Shown piece by piece: positions 19,070-28,891 of a stretch of DNA of 37,585 nucleotides (the first letter of the stretch is position 1; each line of letters opens with the position of its first letter). The notes under the pieces were generated by a model. The model searched no databases. It saw nothing but the letters and a program-made list of their open reading frames with translations, and had not been told where the DNA came from. The DNA is from a virus. A program made the position numbers and the translations under genes. The stretch lies in the UHGV virus genome UHGV-0147806. One strand, 5' to 3'.

Positions 19070-19498
19070 ATGGGTTTTCGTAGCGCATCAATTCTTACGT
19101 TGATTATTAGTGGGATTATTATCGGGTGCACTGATGCTGTATCGACAAATTATCATGACCGTACATCATATTACTCCGATAAAGCAATAGAGACACAGTA
19201 TGTGAGTTCATCTGAACGTACTTCTGATGTTAGTGAGGATATCCGTCTGTATGCCCATCAAATCAAGAGCGCCATCGAAAAACAGTTCGGGGATGCGAGT
19301 AAGTATTCAGGAAAAGAGTGTACACTGAGAATGCATATGGCCCCGAATGGCCTTCTACTGGAGGTTAAAAGAGAAAGTGGAGACCTCGATTTATGTCGTG
19401 AAGCGATGAATGCGATAAAGAATGCTGATATACCTGCCCCCCCTTCGCCGGAAGTATATAAAGTATTTCAAAATGGGGTGCTGGATTTTAAACCCTGA
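19070..19498 (+). CDS. Lipoprotein with TolA domain III-like C-terminus (142 aa)
   Basis: Lipobox IIIGC; C-terminal region closely resembles the E. coli TolA C-terminus as I recall it; GAGGA RBS. Confidence 0.75.
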   Translation: MGFRSASILTLIISGIIIGCTDAVSTNYHDRTSYYSDKAIETQYVSSSERTSDVSEDIRLYAHQIKSAIEKQFGDASKYSGKECTLRMHMAPNGLLLEVKRESGDLDLCREAMNAIKNADIPAPPSPEVYKVFQNGVLDFKP

Positions 19499-19648
19499 TA
19501 TTTATTGTTTTGTAATAAACGGTTTCGGCTTAGGTTTGTTCTGACACAGCTACGGCACTGAGCTAAATTTAGCGGATAGTCAGCTCTGAGCCAGTGGCGG
19601 ACGTAACAACTACTATTGCTGAGATTTTAATGGATTGAGGAGCAAGAA

Positions 19649-20044
19649 GTGGGATTAAAGAAAATCGTTATGTTGACTTTTTGGGTCGGTTTTGTTGCGG
19701 GATGCACACCTTTACACCCTTCAGATTGCCACAAAACTACTGCTACAGGTAGTTGCAGTTCAGGACGCTGGGATGATCAGGATGAATGGGGGGCGCAAGC
19801 GCGGGGAATCAGAGCTGCAATTAATGCCAAACTTGATGAGCCGCATAACTGGAAAGGGAAAAAATGCAGGTTGCATATGGAATTCTCTCAGGATGGCACG
19901 GCGTTAAAAATATCTACCAGTAACGGTGATAAAGCCTATTGCGAAGCGATAAAGTCCGCAGCTCATAAAGCCAAATTTCCGGCCTTCAACAATCCGGAAG
20001 TCTACAGAGATTTTCAGAAATCTGGCTTTGACATGCGAGGTTAG
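19649..20044 (+). CDS. Second, more divergent TolA domain III-like lipoprotein (131 aa, GTG start)
   Basis: GTG after GAGGAG; signal peptide with lipobox VAGC; C-terminal region KKCRLHMEFSQDG ... PEVYRDFQKSGFDMRG parallels the first lipoprotein. Confidence 0.65.
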   Translation: MGLKKIVMLTFWVGFVAGCTPLHPSDCHKTTATGSCSSGRWDDQDEWGAQARGIRAAINAKLDEPHNWKGKKCRLHMEFSQDGTALKISTSNGDKAYCEAIKSAAHKAKFPAFNNPEVYRDFQKSGFDMRG

Positions 20045-20169
20045 CTCTTCAATTACTATATCTCATTCATAGCAAACTGACAGATTTGATGATGTTCTAT
20101 ATACGAAACCTGTGATGTCAAGTCTGAGCTAATACAAATAAACATAATATCAGAGAAATACATTTTATT

Positions 20170-20192
20170 AGCTCGCTACGGCGAGCTTTTTA
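20170..20192 (+). terminator. Intrinsic terminator after the lipoprotein genes
   Basis: AGCTCGC-tacg-GCGAGCT followed by TTTTT. Confidence 0.7.
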
Positions 20193-20295
20193 TATTGCAT
20201 CGTCTCCAGCATATATATCAATTAAGGCTCTGATTGATGTGTCTGAAAGCCTACACATAATAACTATGCCATCCGTTCCGTGCGGAGGTGAGGCT

Positions 20296-20511
20296 ATGAA
20301 ATCCATGGACAAAATTTCAACAGGCATTGCCTACGGCACCTCCGCAGGCAGTGCTGGCTACTGGTTTTTACAGTTGCTCGATAGAGTAACTCCGTCACAG
20401 TGGGCTGCAATCGGTGTGCTGGGTAGTCTGGTATTTGGCCTGCTGACGTACCTGACAAACCTTTATTTCAAGATTAAAGAAGATAAGCGCAAGGCTGCGA
20501 GAGGTGAATAA
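20296..20511 (+). CDS. Class II holin (phage 21 S / EssD-like pinholin, 71 aa) with dual-start motif MKSM
   Basis: GGAGGTGAGG RBS; two in-frame ATGs at 20296 and 20305; one transmembrane-rich small protein directly upstream of the endolysin. Confidence 0.85.
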   Translation: MKSMDKISTGIAYGTSAGSAGYWFLQLLDRVTPSQWAAIGVLGSLVFGLLTYLTNLYFKIKEDKRKAARGE

Positions 20512-21008
20512 TGCCTCCATCATTACGAAAAGCCGTTGCTGCTGCTATTGGTGGCGGAGCAATTGCTATAGCATCAGTGTTAATCACTGGCCCAAGTGGT
20601 AACGATGGTCTGGAAGGTGTCAGCTACATACCATACAAAGATATTGTTGGTGTATGGACTGTATGTCACGGGCATACAGGAAAAGACATCATGCTCGGTA
20701 AAACGTATACCAAAGCAGAATGCAAAACACTCTTGAATAAAGACCTTGCCACTGTCGCCAGACAAATTAACCCGTACATCAAAGTCGATATACCGGAAAC
20801 AACGCGCGGCGCTCTTTACTCATTCGTTTACAACGTGGGTGCTGGCAATTTCAGAACATCGACGCTTCTTCGCAAAATAAACCAGGGCGATATCAAAGGC
20901 GCATGTGATCAGCTACGTCGCTGGACATATGCTGGCGGTAAGCAATGGAAAGGTCTCATGACTCGTCGTGAGATTGAGCGTGAAATCTGTTTGTGGGGTC
21001 AGCAATGA
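20511..21008 (+). CDS. SAR endolysin (phage 21 R-like lysozyme, 165 aa)
   Basis: N-terminal Gly/Ala-rich signal-arrest-release segment ([18 protein letters not shown]); start overlaps the holin stop. Confidence 0.85.
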   Translation: MPPSLRKAVAAAIGGGAIAIASVLITGPSGNDGLEGVSYIPYKDIVGVWTVCHGHTGKDIMLGKTYTKAECKTLLNKDLATVARQINPYIKVDIPETTRGALYSFVYNVGAGNFRTSTLLRKINQGDIKGACDQLRRWTYAGGKQWKGLMTRREIEREICLWGQQ

Positions 21009-21469
21009 ACAGAGTAACCGCGATTATCTCCGCTCTGGTTATCTGCATCATCGTCTGCCTGTCATGGGCTGTTAATCATTACCGTGATAACGCCATTACC
21101 TACAAAGCCCAGCGCGACAAAAATGCCAGAGAACTGAAGCTGGCGAACGCGGCAATTACTGACATGCAGATGCGTCAGCGTGATGTTGCTGCGCTCGATG
21201 CAAAATACACGAAGGAGTTAGCTGATGCTAAAGCTGAAAATGATGCTCTGCGTGATGATGTTGCCGCTGGTCGTCGTCGGTTGCACATCAAAGCAGTCTG
21301 TCAGTCAGTGCGTGAAGCCACCACCGCCTCCGGCGTGGATAATGCAGCCTCCCCCCGACTGGCAGACACCGCTGAACGGGATTATTTCACCCTCCGGGAA
21401 CGACTGGTAATGATGCAGGCCCAACTTGAAGGTGCTCAGCAATACATAACCGAGCAGTGTTTAAAGTAA
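21005..21469 (+). CDS. Rz i-spanin
   Basis: ATGA overlap with the endolysin; N-terminal transmembrane segment then coiled coil; contains an embedded lipoprotein ORF in another frame. Confidence 0.85.
   Translation: MNRVTAIISALVICIIVCLSWAVNHYRDNAITYKAQRDKNARELKLANAAITDMQMRQRDVAALDAKYTKELADAKAENDALRDDVAAGRRRLHIKAVCQSVREATTASGVDNAASPRLADTAERDYFTLRERLVMMQAQLEGAQQYITEQCLK
21225..21410 (+). CDS. Rz1 o-spanin lipoprotein embedded within Rz in another frame
   Basis: 61-aa ORF with lipobox VVGC and proline-rich mature part, wholly inside Rz. Confidence 0.8.
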   Translation: MLKLKMMLCVMMLPLVVVGCTSKQSVSQCVKPPPPPAWIMQPPPDWQTPLNGIISPSGNDW

Positions 21470-21606
21470 AATCTTAACTACAATATGATTCATTTTGATG
21501 ATTGTTTCATAAGGAACAGTGAAGTAAGATCTAAGAGGAGTTAAATTTTATACAGTATAATCATAATATTGCAGCAAGGTGGTTATAATTGAAAGAATAT
21601 TTAGAT

Positions 21607-23064
21607 ATGAATACATCTCATGTAAGAGTTGTTACTCATATGTGTGGGTTCCTGGTTTGGCTCTATAGTCTTTCAATGTTGCCACCAATGGTTGTAGCAT
21701 TGTTTTATAAAGAAAAAAGCCTGTTCGTTTTCTTTATAACTTTCGTTATATTTTTTTGCATTGGTGGCGGAGCGTGGTATACAACTAAGAAATCTGGCAT
21801 TCAATTACGTACCCGTGATGGGTTTATTATAATTGTAATGTTTTGGATTTTGTTTTCTGTTATTAGTGCATTCCCTTTATGGATTGACTCAGAACTTAAT
21901 TTAACGTTCATTGATGCTCTGTTTGAAGGGGTTTCTGGAATAACAACAACAGGAGCAACTGTAATTGATGATGTTAGTTCATTACCTCGGGCATATTTGT
22001 ACTATCGGTCACAGTTAAATTTTATAGGTGGTTTAGGAGTTATTGTTCTGGCGGTTGCAGTATTGCCATTATTGGGTATTGGTGGTGCAAAGCTTTATCA
22101 GTCAGAAATGCCGGGGCCATTTAAGGATGACAAACTCACTCCCCGCCTGGCCGATACGTCACGGACACTGTGGATAACTTATTCTTTATTAGGTATTGCT
22201 TGTATTGTCTGTTATAGACTTGCAGGAATGCCTTTGTTTGATGCTATTTGTCACGGGATTTCCACAGTTTCGCTTGGTGGTTTCTCAACTCATAGCGAGA
22301 GTATCGGATATTTTAATAACTATTTGGTTGAGCTGGTGGCTGGTTCTTTTTCCCTGCTATCGGCTTTCAACTTCACTCTTTGGTATATTGTTATTAGCAG
22401 AAAAACGATAAAACCTTTAATCAGAGATATTGAACTTCGTTTCTTTCTGTTAATAGCCTTAGGGGTGATCATTGTTACCTCTTTCCAGGTCTGGCATATA
22501 GGTATGTATGACTTGCATGGAAGTTTTATTCATTCGTTTTTTCTTGCCAGCTCCATGCTCACTGATAATGGTTTAGCTACGCAGGATTATGCAAACTGGC
22601 CCACGCACACGATAGTGTTTTTGCTGTTGTCAAGTTTCTTTGGGGGATGTATAGGTTCAACCTGTGGTGGAATTAAGTCACTTCGATTTCTTATACTTTT
22701 CAAACAAAGCAAACACGAGATAAATCAGCTTTCTCATCCCAGAGCGTTGTTGAGTGTAAATGTAGGAGGGAAGATAGTTACAGATCGTGTAATGAGGTCT
22801 GTATGGAGTTTCTTTTTTCTTTATACTCTCTTCACGGTGTTTTTTATACTGGTGTTAAATGGTATGGGATATGATTTTCTTACATCATTTGCAACAGTGG
22901 CTGCATGTATTAATAATATGGGATTAGGTTTTGGGGCTACTGCATCGTCATTCGGAGTGCTTAATGACATTGCAAAATATTTAATGTGCATAGCTATGAT
23001 TCTTGGTCGCCTTGAAATTTATCCTGTTATTATATTGTTTTCAGGTTTTTTTTGGCGCTCCTAA
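21607..23064 (+). CDS. trkG: TrkG potassium uptake protein (485 aa, Rac cargo gene)
   Basis: Polytopic membrane protein; AT-rich; the translation from MNTSHVRVVTHMCGFLVW matches my recollection of K-12 TrkG. Confidence 0.9.
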   Translation: MNTSHVRVVTHMCGFLVWLYSLSMLPPMVVALFYKEKSLFVFFITFVIFFCIGGGAWYTTKKSGIQLRTRDGFIIIVMFWILFSVISAFPLWIDSELNLTFIDALFEGVSGITTTGATVIDDVSSLPRAYLYYRSQLNFIGGLGVIVLAVAVLPLLGIGGAKLYQSEMPGPFKDDKLTPRLADTSRTLWITYSLLGIACIVCYRLAGMPLFDAICHGISTVSLGGFSTHSESIGYFNNYLVELVAGSFSLLSAFNFTLWYIVISRKTIKPLIRDIELRFFLLIALGVIIVTSFQVWHIGMYDLHGSFIHSFFLASSMLTDNGLATQDYANWPTHTIVFLLLSSFFGGCIGSTCGGIKSLRFLILFKQSKHEINQLSHPRALLSVNVGGKIVTDRVMRSVWSFFFLYTLFTVFFILVLNGMGYDFLTSFATVAACINNMGLGFGATASSFGVLNDIAKYLMCIAMILGRLEIYPVIILFSGFFWRS

Positions 23065-23151
23065 TATATGGCTGATTTATAATTGTGAGTTTAATATTAT
23101 GTTGACTCGCTCATTGATCCAATACCTAACTTTACCAGCAACACCTCCGCC

Positions 23152-23190
23152 CCCAGTAGCACTGGCTGCTGGGGTGCGTTTTATTCATAA
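23152..23190 (+). terminator. Possible intrinsic terminator after trkG
   Basis: CCCAGTAGC-actg-GCTGCTGGG (one mismatch) followed by a T-rich tract. Confidence 0.35.
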
Positions 23191-23201
23191 AGCAAGGCTG
23201 T

Positions 23202-23990
23202 ATGAGCGAGAAATTAAAGATAGTCTATCGCCCATTACAAGAATTGTCACCGTATGCGCACAACGCCAGGACGCACAGTACTGAGCAGGTGGCACAACTG
23301 GTAGAAAGTATTAAGCAATTCGGCTGGACTAATCCGGTGCTGATTGACGAAAAGGGCGAAATTATTGCGGGTCACGGTCGTGTTATGGCGGCTGAAATGC
23401 TCAAAATGGATTCTGTTCCGGTCATTGTTCTGTCTGGCCTGACGGATGAGCAGAAAAAGGCGTACCGCCTGGCAGATAATCGCCTGCCGATGAATGCTGG
23501 CTGGGATGAAGATCTGTTGCGGATGGAGCTGTCGGACCTAATCAATGCTGATTTTGATGTCTCCCTGACAGGCTTCATCCCGGCAGAAATTGATGAACTG
23601 TTGACGGATGTTTTGCCCGGTACAGGAAATGAGGAGGAGCCGTATACGACGAAAATTGATACGCCTGTTTATGAGCCGTCAGGCGGTAAACCGGATATCA
23701 GTGAACTGTACGACGATACGAAAACTCAGGAGCTGATCAGCCGGATACGTTCGGCGTCCCTTGATCCTGATATTGAGAAATTCCTCCTGTGTGCAGCAGA
23801 ACGTCACACGGTGTTTAATTTCAGCAGAATTGCGGACTATTACGCTCATGCCCCCGCTGAAATTCAGTGCCTTTTCGAGGAGTCGGCGCTGGTGATCATT
23901 GATTATCAGCAGGCTATTGAAAATGGATTTGTCCGAATGACGCAGCGCATGGTGGAGATCATGCATGGCGGGGAGGAGGAATATGCGTGA
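23202..23990 (+). CDS. ParB-like nuclease domain protein (262 aa)
   Basis: ParB N-terminal-type motif region (VLIDEKGEIIAGHGR); located upstream of the terminase genes. Confidence 0.7.
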   Translation: MSEKLKIVYRPLQELSPYAHNARTHSTEQVAQLVESIKQFGWTNPVLIDEKGEIIAGHGRVMAAEMLKMDSVPVIVLSGLTDEQKKAYRLADNRLPMNAGWDEDLLRMELSDLINADFDVSLTGFIPAEIDELLTDVLPGTGNEEEPYTTKIDTPVYEPSGGKPDISELYDDTKTQELISRIRSASLDPDIEKFLLCAAERHTVFNFSRIADYYAHAPAEIQCLFEESALVIIDYQQAIENGFVRMTQRMVEIMHGGEEEYA

Positions 23991-24915
23991 TGATTTTTGC
24001 GCCTTTATTCTGACTCACGGGCGACCGGACAAAGTTCTGACTTACCGGACGTTGCGTCGTGCTGGCTATACCGGGAAAATTTTTATCGTTGTTGATGATG
24101 AAGATAAGACACGGCATCAGTACATGGCTGAATTTGGTGAACAGGTGCTGGTATTTTCCAAAGCCGATATTGCTAGTCGTTTTGACGAAGCCGATAATTT
24201 TAGTGACCGCCGCTCAATTTTTTACGCCCGTAATGCCTGTTTCGACCAGGCAAAACTGGTCGGGTGTAAATACTTCATTCAGCTCGATGATGATTATCAC
24301 GAGTTCCAGTTTCGGGTGGATCGCAACTATGACCAGGCCTATTTCCCGATAAGGAAACTGGATGAGATCCTTTCTGAAATGCTTGCGTACTACGAATCAA
24401 TACCTGCTCTTTCCATCGCTATGTCGCAGGGCGGGGATTTTCTTGGTGACAATGGCGGCCATGCTTCGTGGGTGAAACGCAAGGCAATGAACAGCTTTAT
24501 CTGTTCGGTTGATCGACCGTTCTCATTCATGGGGCGCATTAACGAGGATGTGAATACGTACACGAATCTCGGTCGCTGTGGTGAATTGTTTATGACGATC
24601 GGTGCTGTCCAGTTAGGGCAGAAACAGACGCAGAAAAACAGCGGCGGAATGACCGAGCTGTATCTGGATTCCGGAACCTACGTTAAAAGTTTTTACTCCG
24701 TCATGTATGCGCCGTCGTGCGTAAAAATCTCACTTATGGGTGCCAGTCATAAACGCATTCACCATCAGGTCACCTGGAACAACGCTGCAGTAAAAATCCT
24801 TCACGAAAAATACAGGAAGAAGACACCCTGCATATCAATGGGGGTGACAAATGATTCCGTATTCGAAAGTCGAGTCTCTGGCAGCGTGCCGGATGACTGC
24901 ACAACAAATCGCTGA
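23983..24915 (+). CDS. Hypothetical protein, possible GT-A-fold glycosyltransferase-like (about 310 aa)
   Basis: ATG after GGAGGAGGA, overlapping the ParB-like stop; IVVDDEDK and QLDDDY (DxD-like) motifs; function inferred only. Confidence 0.4.
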   Translation: MRDDFCAFILTHGRPDKVLTYRTLRRAGYTGKIFIVVDDEDKTRHQYMAEFGEQVLVFSKADIASRFDEADNFSDRRSIFYARNACFDQAKLVGCKYFIQLDDDYHEFQFRVDRNYDQAYFPIRKLDEILSEMLAYYESIPALSIAMSQGGDFLGDNGGHASWVKRKAMNSFICSVDRPFSFMGRINEDVNTYTNLGRCGELFMTIGAVQLGQKQTQKNSGGMTELYLDSGTYVKSFYSVMYAPSCVKISLMGASHKRIHHQVTWNNAAVKILHEKYRKKTPCISMGVTNDSVFESRVSGSVPDDCTTNR

Positions 24916-25102
24916 CGTTCTGGATGTTGATCTGAACCGACTGAAAGAAAATCGGGAAGCAATGACAGATTTTTATGCGGCCATCCGTAAGGGCAGAGCG
25001 AAAGGTGAAGCCGAGTTACGAGCGGCATTGTTTAAGCTTGCCAGAAAAGGGGATGCCTTTGCTCTGCGCGAACTACTCAGGGTGGATAAAAATCAGGACT
25101 AA
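24851..25102 (+). CDS. Small HTH protein (83 aa)
   Basis: ATG after GGGGTGA; HTH-like MTAQQIADVLDVDLNRL. Confidence 0.45.
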   Translation: MIPYSKVESLAACRMTAQQIADVLDVDLNRLKENREAMTDFYAAIRKGRAKGEAELRAALFKLARKGDAFALRELLRVDKNQD

Positions 25103-25105
25103 CTG

Positions 25106-26200
25106 ATGAGCAGACCGGACTGGGGGGCGTTGCAGCAGGAGTATATTGCTGAATACACCCGCTCCGGTATATCTCCGGTGGCATGGTGTGAAGCAAGGGG
25201 ACTGAATTACGCAACAGCCCGTCGTTACATCAAAAAAACTCCGAAAAATGCGCAGACAGAAATGTGCAAAACTGCGCAAAAAAGTGCGCAGAAAAAATCT
25301 GCGCAGACTGCACAAAAGCGGAACGAAAAATCTCAGGAAAAAAAGCCAGTATTCGATGCGGGCCTGAATGAGGGCGACGCGGAGGAATTTTCGTTCTGTC
25401 CCGATGAATTCGGCATTTCTGACCAGCAGGCTAAGTTTGCGATGCTTGTTGCTCAGGGTAAAAAGCCGACAGAGGCGTACCGACTAGCCGGTTATGAGGG
25501 GCAAGGTGCGACAGCTAACAGCAACGCCAGTCGTATGCTTAGAAATGCCAGGGTTTTTCGCGCTATCAGCTACTTCCGCAATCAGTACCAGAAACGCTAT
25601 ACCGCAGACCTGGATTTACTAGTGAGTCAGTTGATGGCTATTGTCCTGGCCGACCCCAATCAGCTTGCACAATTTCGCCGTGTTAACTGCCGTTATTGCT
25701 GGGGCGAGAATCATCTCTACCAGTGGCGCGATATAGCAGAATTCGACAAGGCAGCGGCGCAGGCTTCCAGAGATGGCAAACCCGAACCGGAATATGGAGG
25801 CCTCGGCTTTGTTGATAACGCCATACCCAATCCGGACTGCCCGAAGTGCTGCGGTGAGGAAACGGGACAGCTTTATATGGCTGATACCACTCTGCTTGAT
25901 GGGGATGCGCGGCAATTATATGCAGGGGCAAAATTCGGAAAATTCGGCGTTGAGATCCTGCTGGAGGATAAGGCTGCCGCCCGGCGTGAATTGTTGCGTT
26001 TGTTTTCTGCTGGCGGGGCTTTATGTGCAGATAAGCGGCTACAGGAACTGGAAATTGAACGGCGCAGAATGGAAAACCAGAAGCTGCGCAAAGAGATCGA
26101 AACGGTGGAAGATAATGAATATCCCCAGCCTGTGGCGATCAATATTAATGTGGTTGATGCCAGAGTAAGGAGTGATGAAGATGATCTCTCCGACGCTTAA
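25106..26200 (+). CDS. Putative terminase small subunit (364 aa; Terminase_2-like central region plus Cys-rich segment)
   Basis: Region FGISDQQAKFAMLVAQGKKPTEAYRLAGYEG ... fits the small-terminase pattern; immediately upstream of and overlapping the large terminase. Confidence 0.5.
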   Translation: MSRPDWGALQQEYIAEYTRSGISPVAWCEARGLNYATARRYIKKTPKNAQTEMCKTAQKSAQKKSAQTAQKRNEKSQEKKPVFDAGLNEGDAEEFSFCPDEFGISDQQAKFAMLVAQGKKPTEAYRLAGYEGQGATANSNASRMLRNARVFRAISYFRNQYQKRYTADLDLLVSQLMAIVLADPNQLAQFRRVNCRYCWGENHLYQWRDIAEFDKAAAQASRDGKPEPEYGGLGFVDNAIPNPDCPKCCGEETGQLYMADTTLLDGDARQLYAGAKFGKFGVEILLEDKAAARRELLRLFSAGGALCADKRLQELEIERRRMENQKLRKEIETVEDNEYPQPVAININVVDARVRSDEDDLSDA

Positions 26201-27197
26201 TGTGCCTCAGGCGCGATTTCTTTCAATGCCCCATAAATTTAAAGCCTATATTGCTGGTTTTGGCTCGGGCAAAACATGGGTTGGGTGTGGCGGCATATGC
26301 AAGGGGATTTGGGAGCATCCAGGTATAAATCAGGGATATTTTGCGCCAACGTATCCCCAAATTCGCGATATTTTTTACCCTACAGTGGAAGAAGTTGCTG
26401 CTGACTGGGGATTGAACGTAAAAATTAATGAGGGAAATAAAGAGGTTCACTTTTATTACGGACGCCAGTATCGGGGAACCACTATCTGCAGATCGATGGA
26501 GAAGCCACAAACGATCGTCGGTTTCAAAATTGGTAATGCGTTGGTGGATGAACTGGACATTTTGCCGAAGGAAAAAGCCAGAACGGCGTGGCGCAAGATA
26601 ATTGCACGTATGCGTTATAAGATTGATGGACTTCGCAACGGTATTGACGTTACAACCACGCCGGAAGGATTCAAATTTGTCTACGAGCAGTTTGTTAAAG
26701 CCGTGCGTGAAAAAACAGAGCTGGCCTCACTGTATGGTCTGGTGCAGGCATCTACTTTCGATAATGAAAAGAACCTGCCAGCAGATTACATTCCTTCGCT
26801 TCTTGAATCATACCCTCCAGAGCTGATTAAAGCCTATCTTCGAGGACAGTTTACTAACCTGACAAGTGGTACTGTTTACCATCAGTTTGACCGGAAACTG
26901 AATAATTGCGAAGAAGTGGAGCAGCCAGGGGAGCCGATTTATATTGGGATGGATTTTAACGTTGGAAAGATGGCGGGAATCGTCCATGTGCTGCGTTTGG
27001 GGCTTCCATGTGCGGTAACTGAAATCATCAATGCCTACGATACGCCGGATATGATCCGCATCATTAAAGAACGCTTCTGGCTGTATGATGGGAATGATTA
27101 CCGGAAAGTGAGGGAAATTTATATTTATCCAGATGCTTCCGGGGATTCCAGAAAATCAAGTAACGCAAGTACGACGGATATAGCCCAGCTTAAGTAG
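26172..27197 (+). CDS. Terminase large subunit, N-terminal 341 codons ending at an in-frame amber TAG
   Basis: Walker A-like AGFGSGKT; ORF ends at TAG 27195-27197 although the same frame continues for 95 more sense codons. Confidence 0.8.
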   Translation: MMKMISPTLNVPQARFLSMPHKFKAYIAGFGSGKTWVGCGGICKGIWEHPGINQGYFAPTYPQIRDIFYPTVEEVAADWGLNVKINEGNKEVHFYYGRQYRGTTICRSMEKPQTIVGFKIGNALVDELDILPKEKARTAWRKIIARMRYKIDGLRNGIDVTTTPEGFKFVYEQFVKAVREKTELASLYGLVQASTFDNEKNLPADYIPSLLESYPPELIKAYLRGQFTNLTSGTVYHQFDRKLNNCEEVEQPGEPIYIGMDFNVGKMAGIVHVLRLGLPCAVTEIINAYDTPDMIRIIKERFWLYDGNDYRKVREIYIYPDASGDSRKSSNASTTDIAQLK

Positions 27198-27482
27198 GCT
27201 GGTTTTAACGTTGTGGTGAACAGCTCGAACCCGCCAGTAAAAGATCGCGTTAACTCAATGAATGCAATGTTCTGCAATGCCAATGGTGAGCGTCGCTATA
27301 AAGTTAATGTGAAGCGTTGCCCGTTATATGCCGAATCTCTGGAGCAACAGGTCTGGGATGAGAAGGGGGAGCCTGATAAAAAATCTGGCAATGATCACCC
27401 GAATGATGCCGGAGGTTATTTCATCGTTAAGCAATTCCCTATTGTCAAACCGACCGGAAGAGTCACATCACTTCGGATTTAA
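27198..27482 (+). pseudogene. Terminase large subunit C-terminal continuation, downstream of the in-frame TAG
   Basis: Same frame as 26172..27197; combined length about 437 codons, typical for a large terminase. Confidence 0.6.
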
Positions 27483-27484
27483 TT

Positions 27485-28891
27485 ATGGCTGATATATCAA
27501 CACCCAACCTCGACTATAACGATATGCTGGAGGCGTGGGATATTAACGACGCACTGATGGGCGGTACGCTTGAAATGCGCAGGCAGGGGGAAAATTATCT
27601 CCCAAAATGGCCTAACGAAGATGAAGACGCTTATAAAAAACGCCTGTCTGTGGCTACGCTACTTCCTGTGTATGAAGAAAGCATCAAGCAAAATATTGGG
27701 CGCATATTTGCAGAGCCGACAGTATTGAGTGAGGAAACGCCGGCAAAAATCAGGGAATATGCAGAAAATATCGACATGGAGGGGAGCCGACTGGATGTGT
27801 GGGCACAGCAATTTTTCAGCCTCGCATTTCAGTATGGTGTGGCACATGCGCTGGTGGACTATCCACGAACGGATATGAAAGAGATTCGGACAAAAGCCGA
27901 TGAAAACGCGACCGGTGGTCGTCCGTACGTTACGATGCTGAATCCACGCCAGGTTATTGGATGGAAATCGAAAGTTGAAAAAGGGAAAGTTGTTCTCACT
28001 GATTTGCGTATAAAAGAGGTCATCATTATTGATGGTGATGATTTCGGGCAGAAGAAGGTGGAGCAGATCCGCCATATTATGCCCCGTCGAGTTGAAATTT
28101 ATCGACGTAGCGAAGGCACTAATGGCGAATCTGTCTGGACGCTTCATGAGTCATGGAATACCAGCCGTGATGATATTCCTCTGGTAACACTGTACACGAA
28201 GAAAACAGGATTTATGCGTGGTACACCGCCATTGCTTAATCTTGGCTTGCTGAATATCAAGCACTGGCAAAGCCAGAGCGAGCAGGACAATATTCTTCAT
28301 GTTGCCCGCGTTCCATTGCTGGTGGCCTACGGGCTGGACAGGAATGAAGAACTGACGGTTGGTGCATCCACCGCTACGATTTTTGAGGACAGAACAAAAA
28401 ATGGCCTCGAATATGTTGAACATAGTGGCGCAGCGATAGAATCTGGCGAAACATCACTTGAGAAGCTGGAAAATCAGATGCGTCATGCCGGCGCTAAACT
28501 TCTGCGTGCTGAAAATACATCCACCAAATCTGTTGATCAGACTAATGAAGAGCGAATGCAGGAAAACTCGCCGCTTTATACAATGGCGAACTCCCTCGAA
28601 GATGCCCTCGATAATATTCTCCAGATAATGGCGGAATGGATCGGAGAGAGTTGCGGTGGCAATGTGGATGTGCGCACTGAACTGGATGTATCTGCCCAGG
28701 TGTTTGACTCATCCTCCGCGCTGGCTGTTCAGTCATTGCGTCAGGGCGGTGATATACGTCAGATTGATGCGGTTCGGGTGTTGCAGGCGTTGAAATTTAT
28801 CGATCAGGATTCCCGTCCAGAGGAAGTGATCGATGAATTAAAAAATCAGAGTGTAATGCTGATGGAAATCAATGATGCAAACCGTGAATGA
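27485..28891 (+). CDS. Portal protein (468 aa)
   Basis: Size and position immediately after the terminase. Confidence 0.7.
   Translation: MADISTPNLDYNDMLEAWDINDALMGGTLEMRRQGENYLPKWPNEDEDAYKKRLSVATLLPVYEESIKQNIGRIFAEPTVLSEETPAKIREYAENIDMEGSRLDVWAQQFFSLAFQYGVAHALVDYPRTDMKEIRTKADENATGGRPYVTMLNPRQVIGWKSKVEKGKVVLTDLRIKEVIIIDGDDFGQKKVEQIRHIMPRRVEIYRRSEGTNGESVWTLHESWNTSRDDIPLVTLYTKKTGFMRGTPPLLNLGLLNIKHWQSQSEQDNILHVARVPLLVAYGLDRNEELTVGASTATIFEDRTKNGLEYVEHSGAAIESGETSLEKLENQMRHAGAKLLRAENTSTKSVDQTNEERMQENSPLYTMANSLEDALDNILQIMAEWIGESCGGNVDVRTELDVSAQVFDSSSALAVQSLRQGGDIRQIDAVRVLQALKFIDQDSRPEEVIDELKNQSVMLMEINDANRE

Noticed and set aside
25100-25105. In-frame TAA between the 83-aa HTH ORF and the terminase small subunit ORF, suggesting a split gene
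   Set aside because: The downstream ORF has its own N-terminal HTH-like segment and an ATG, so the two are more likely separate genes; same-frame adjacency occurs by chance in one of three cases.
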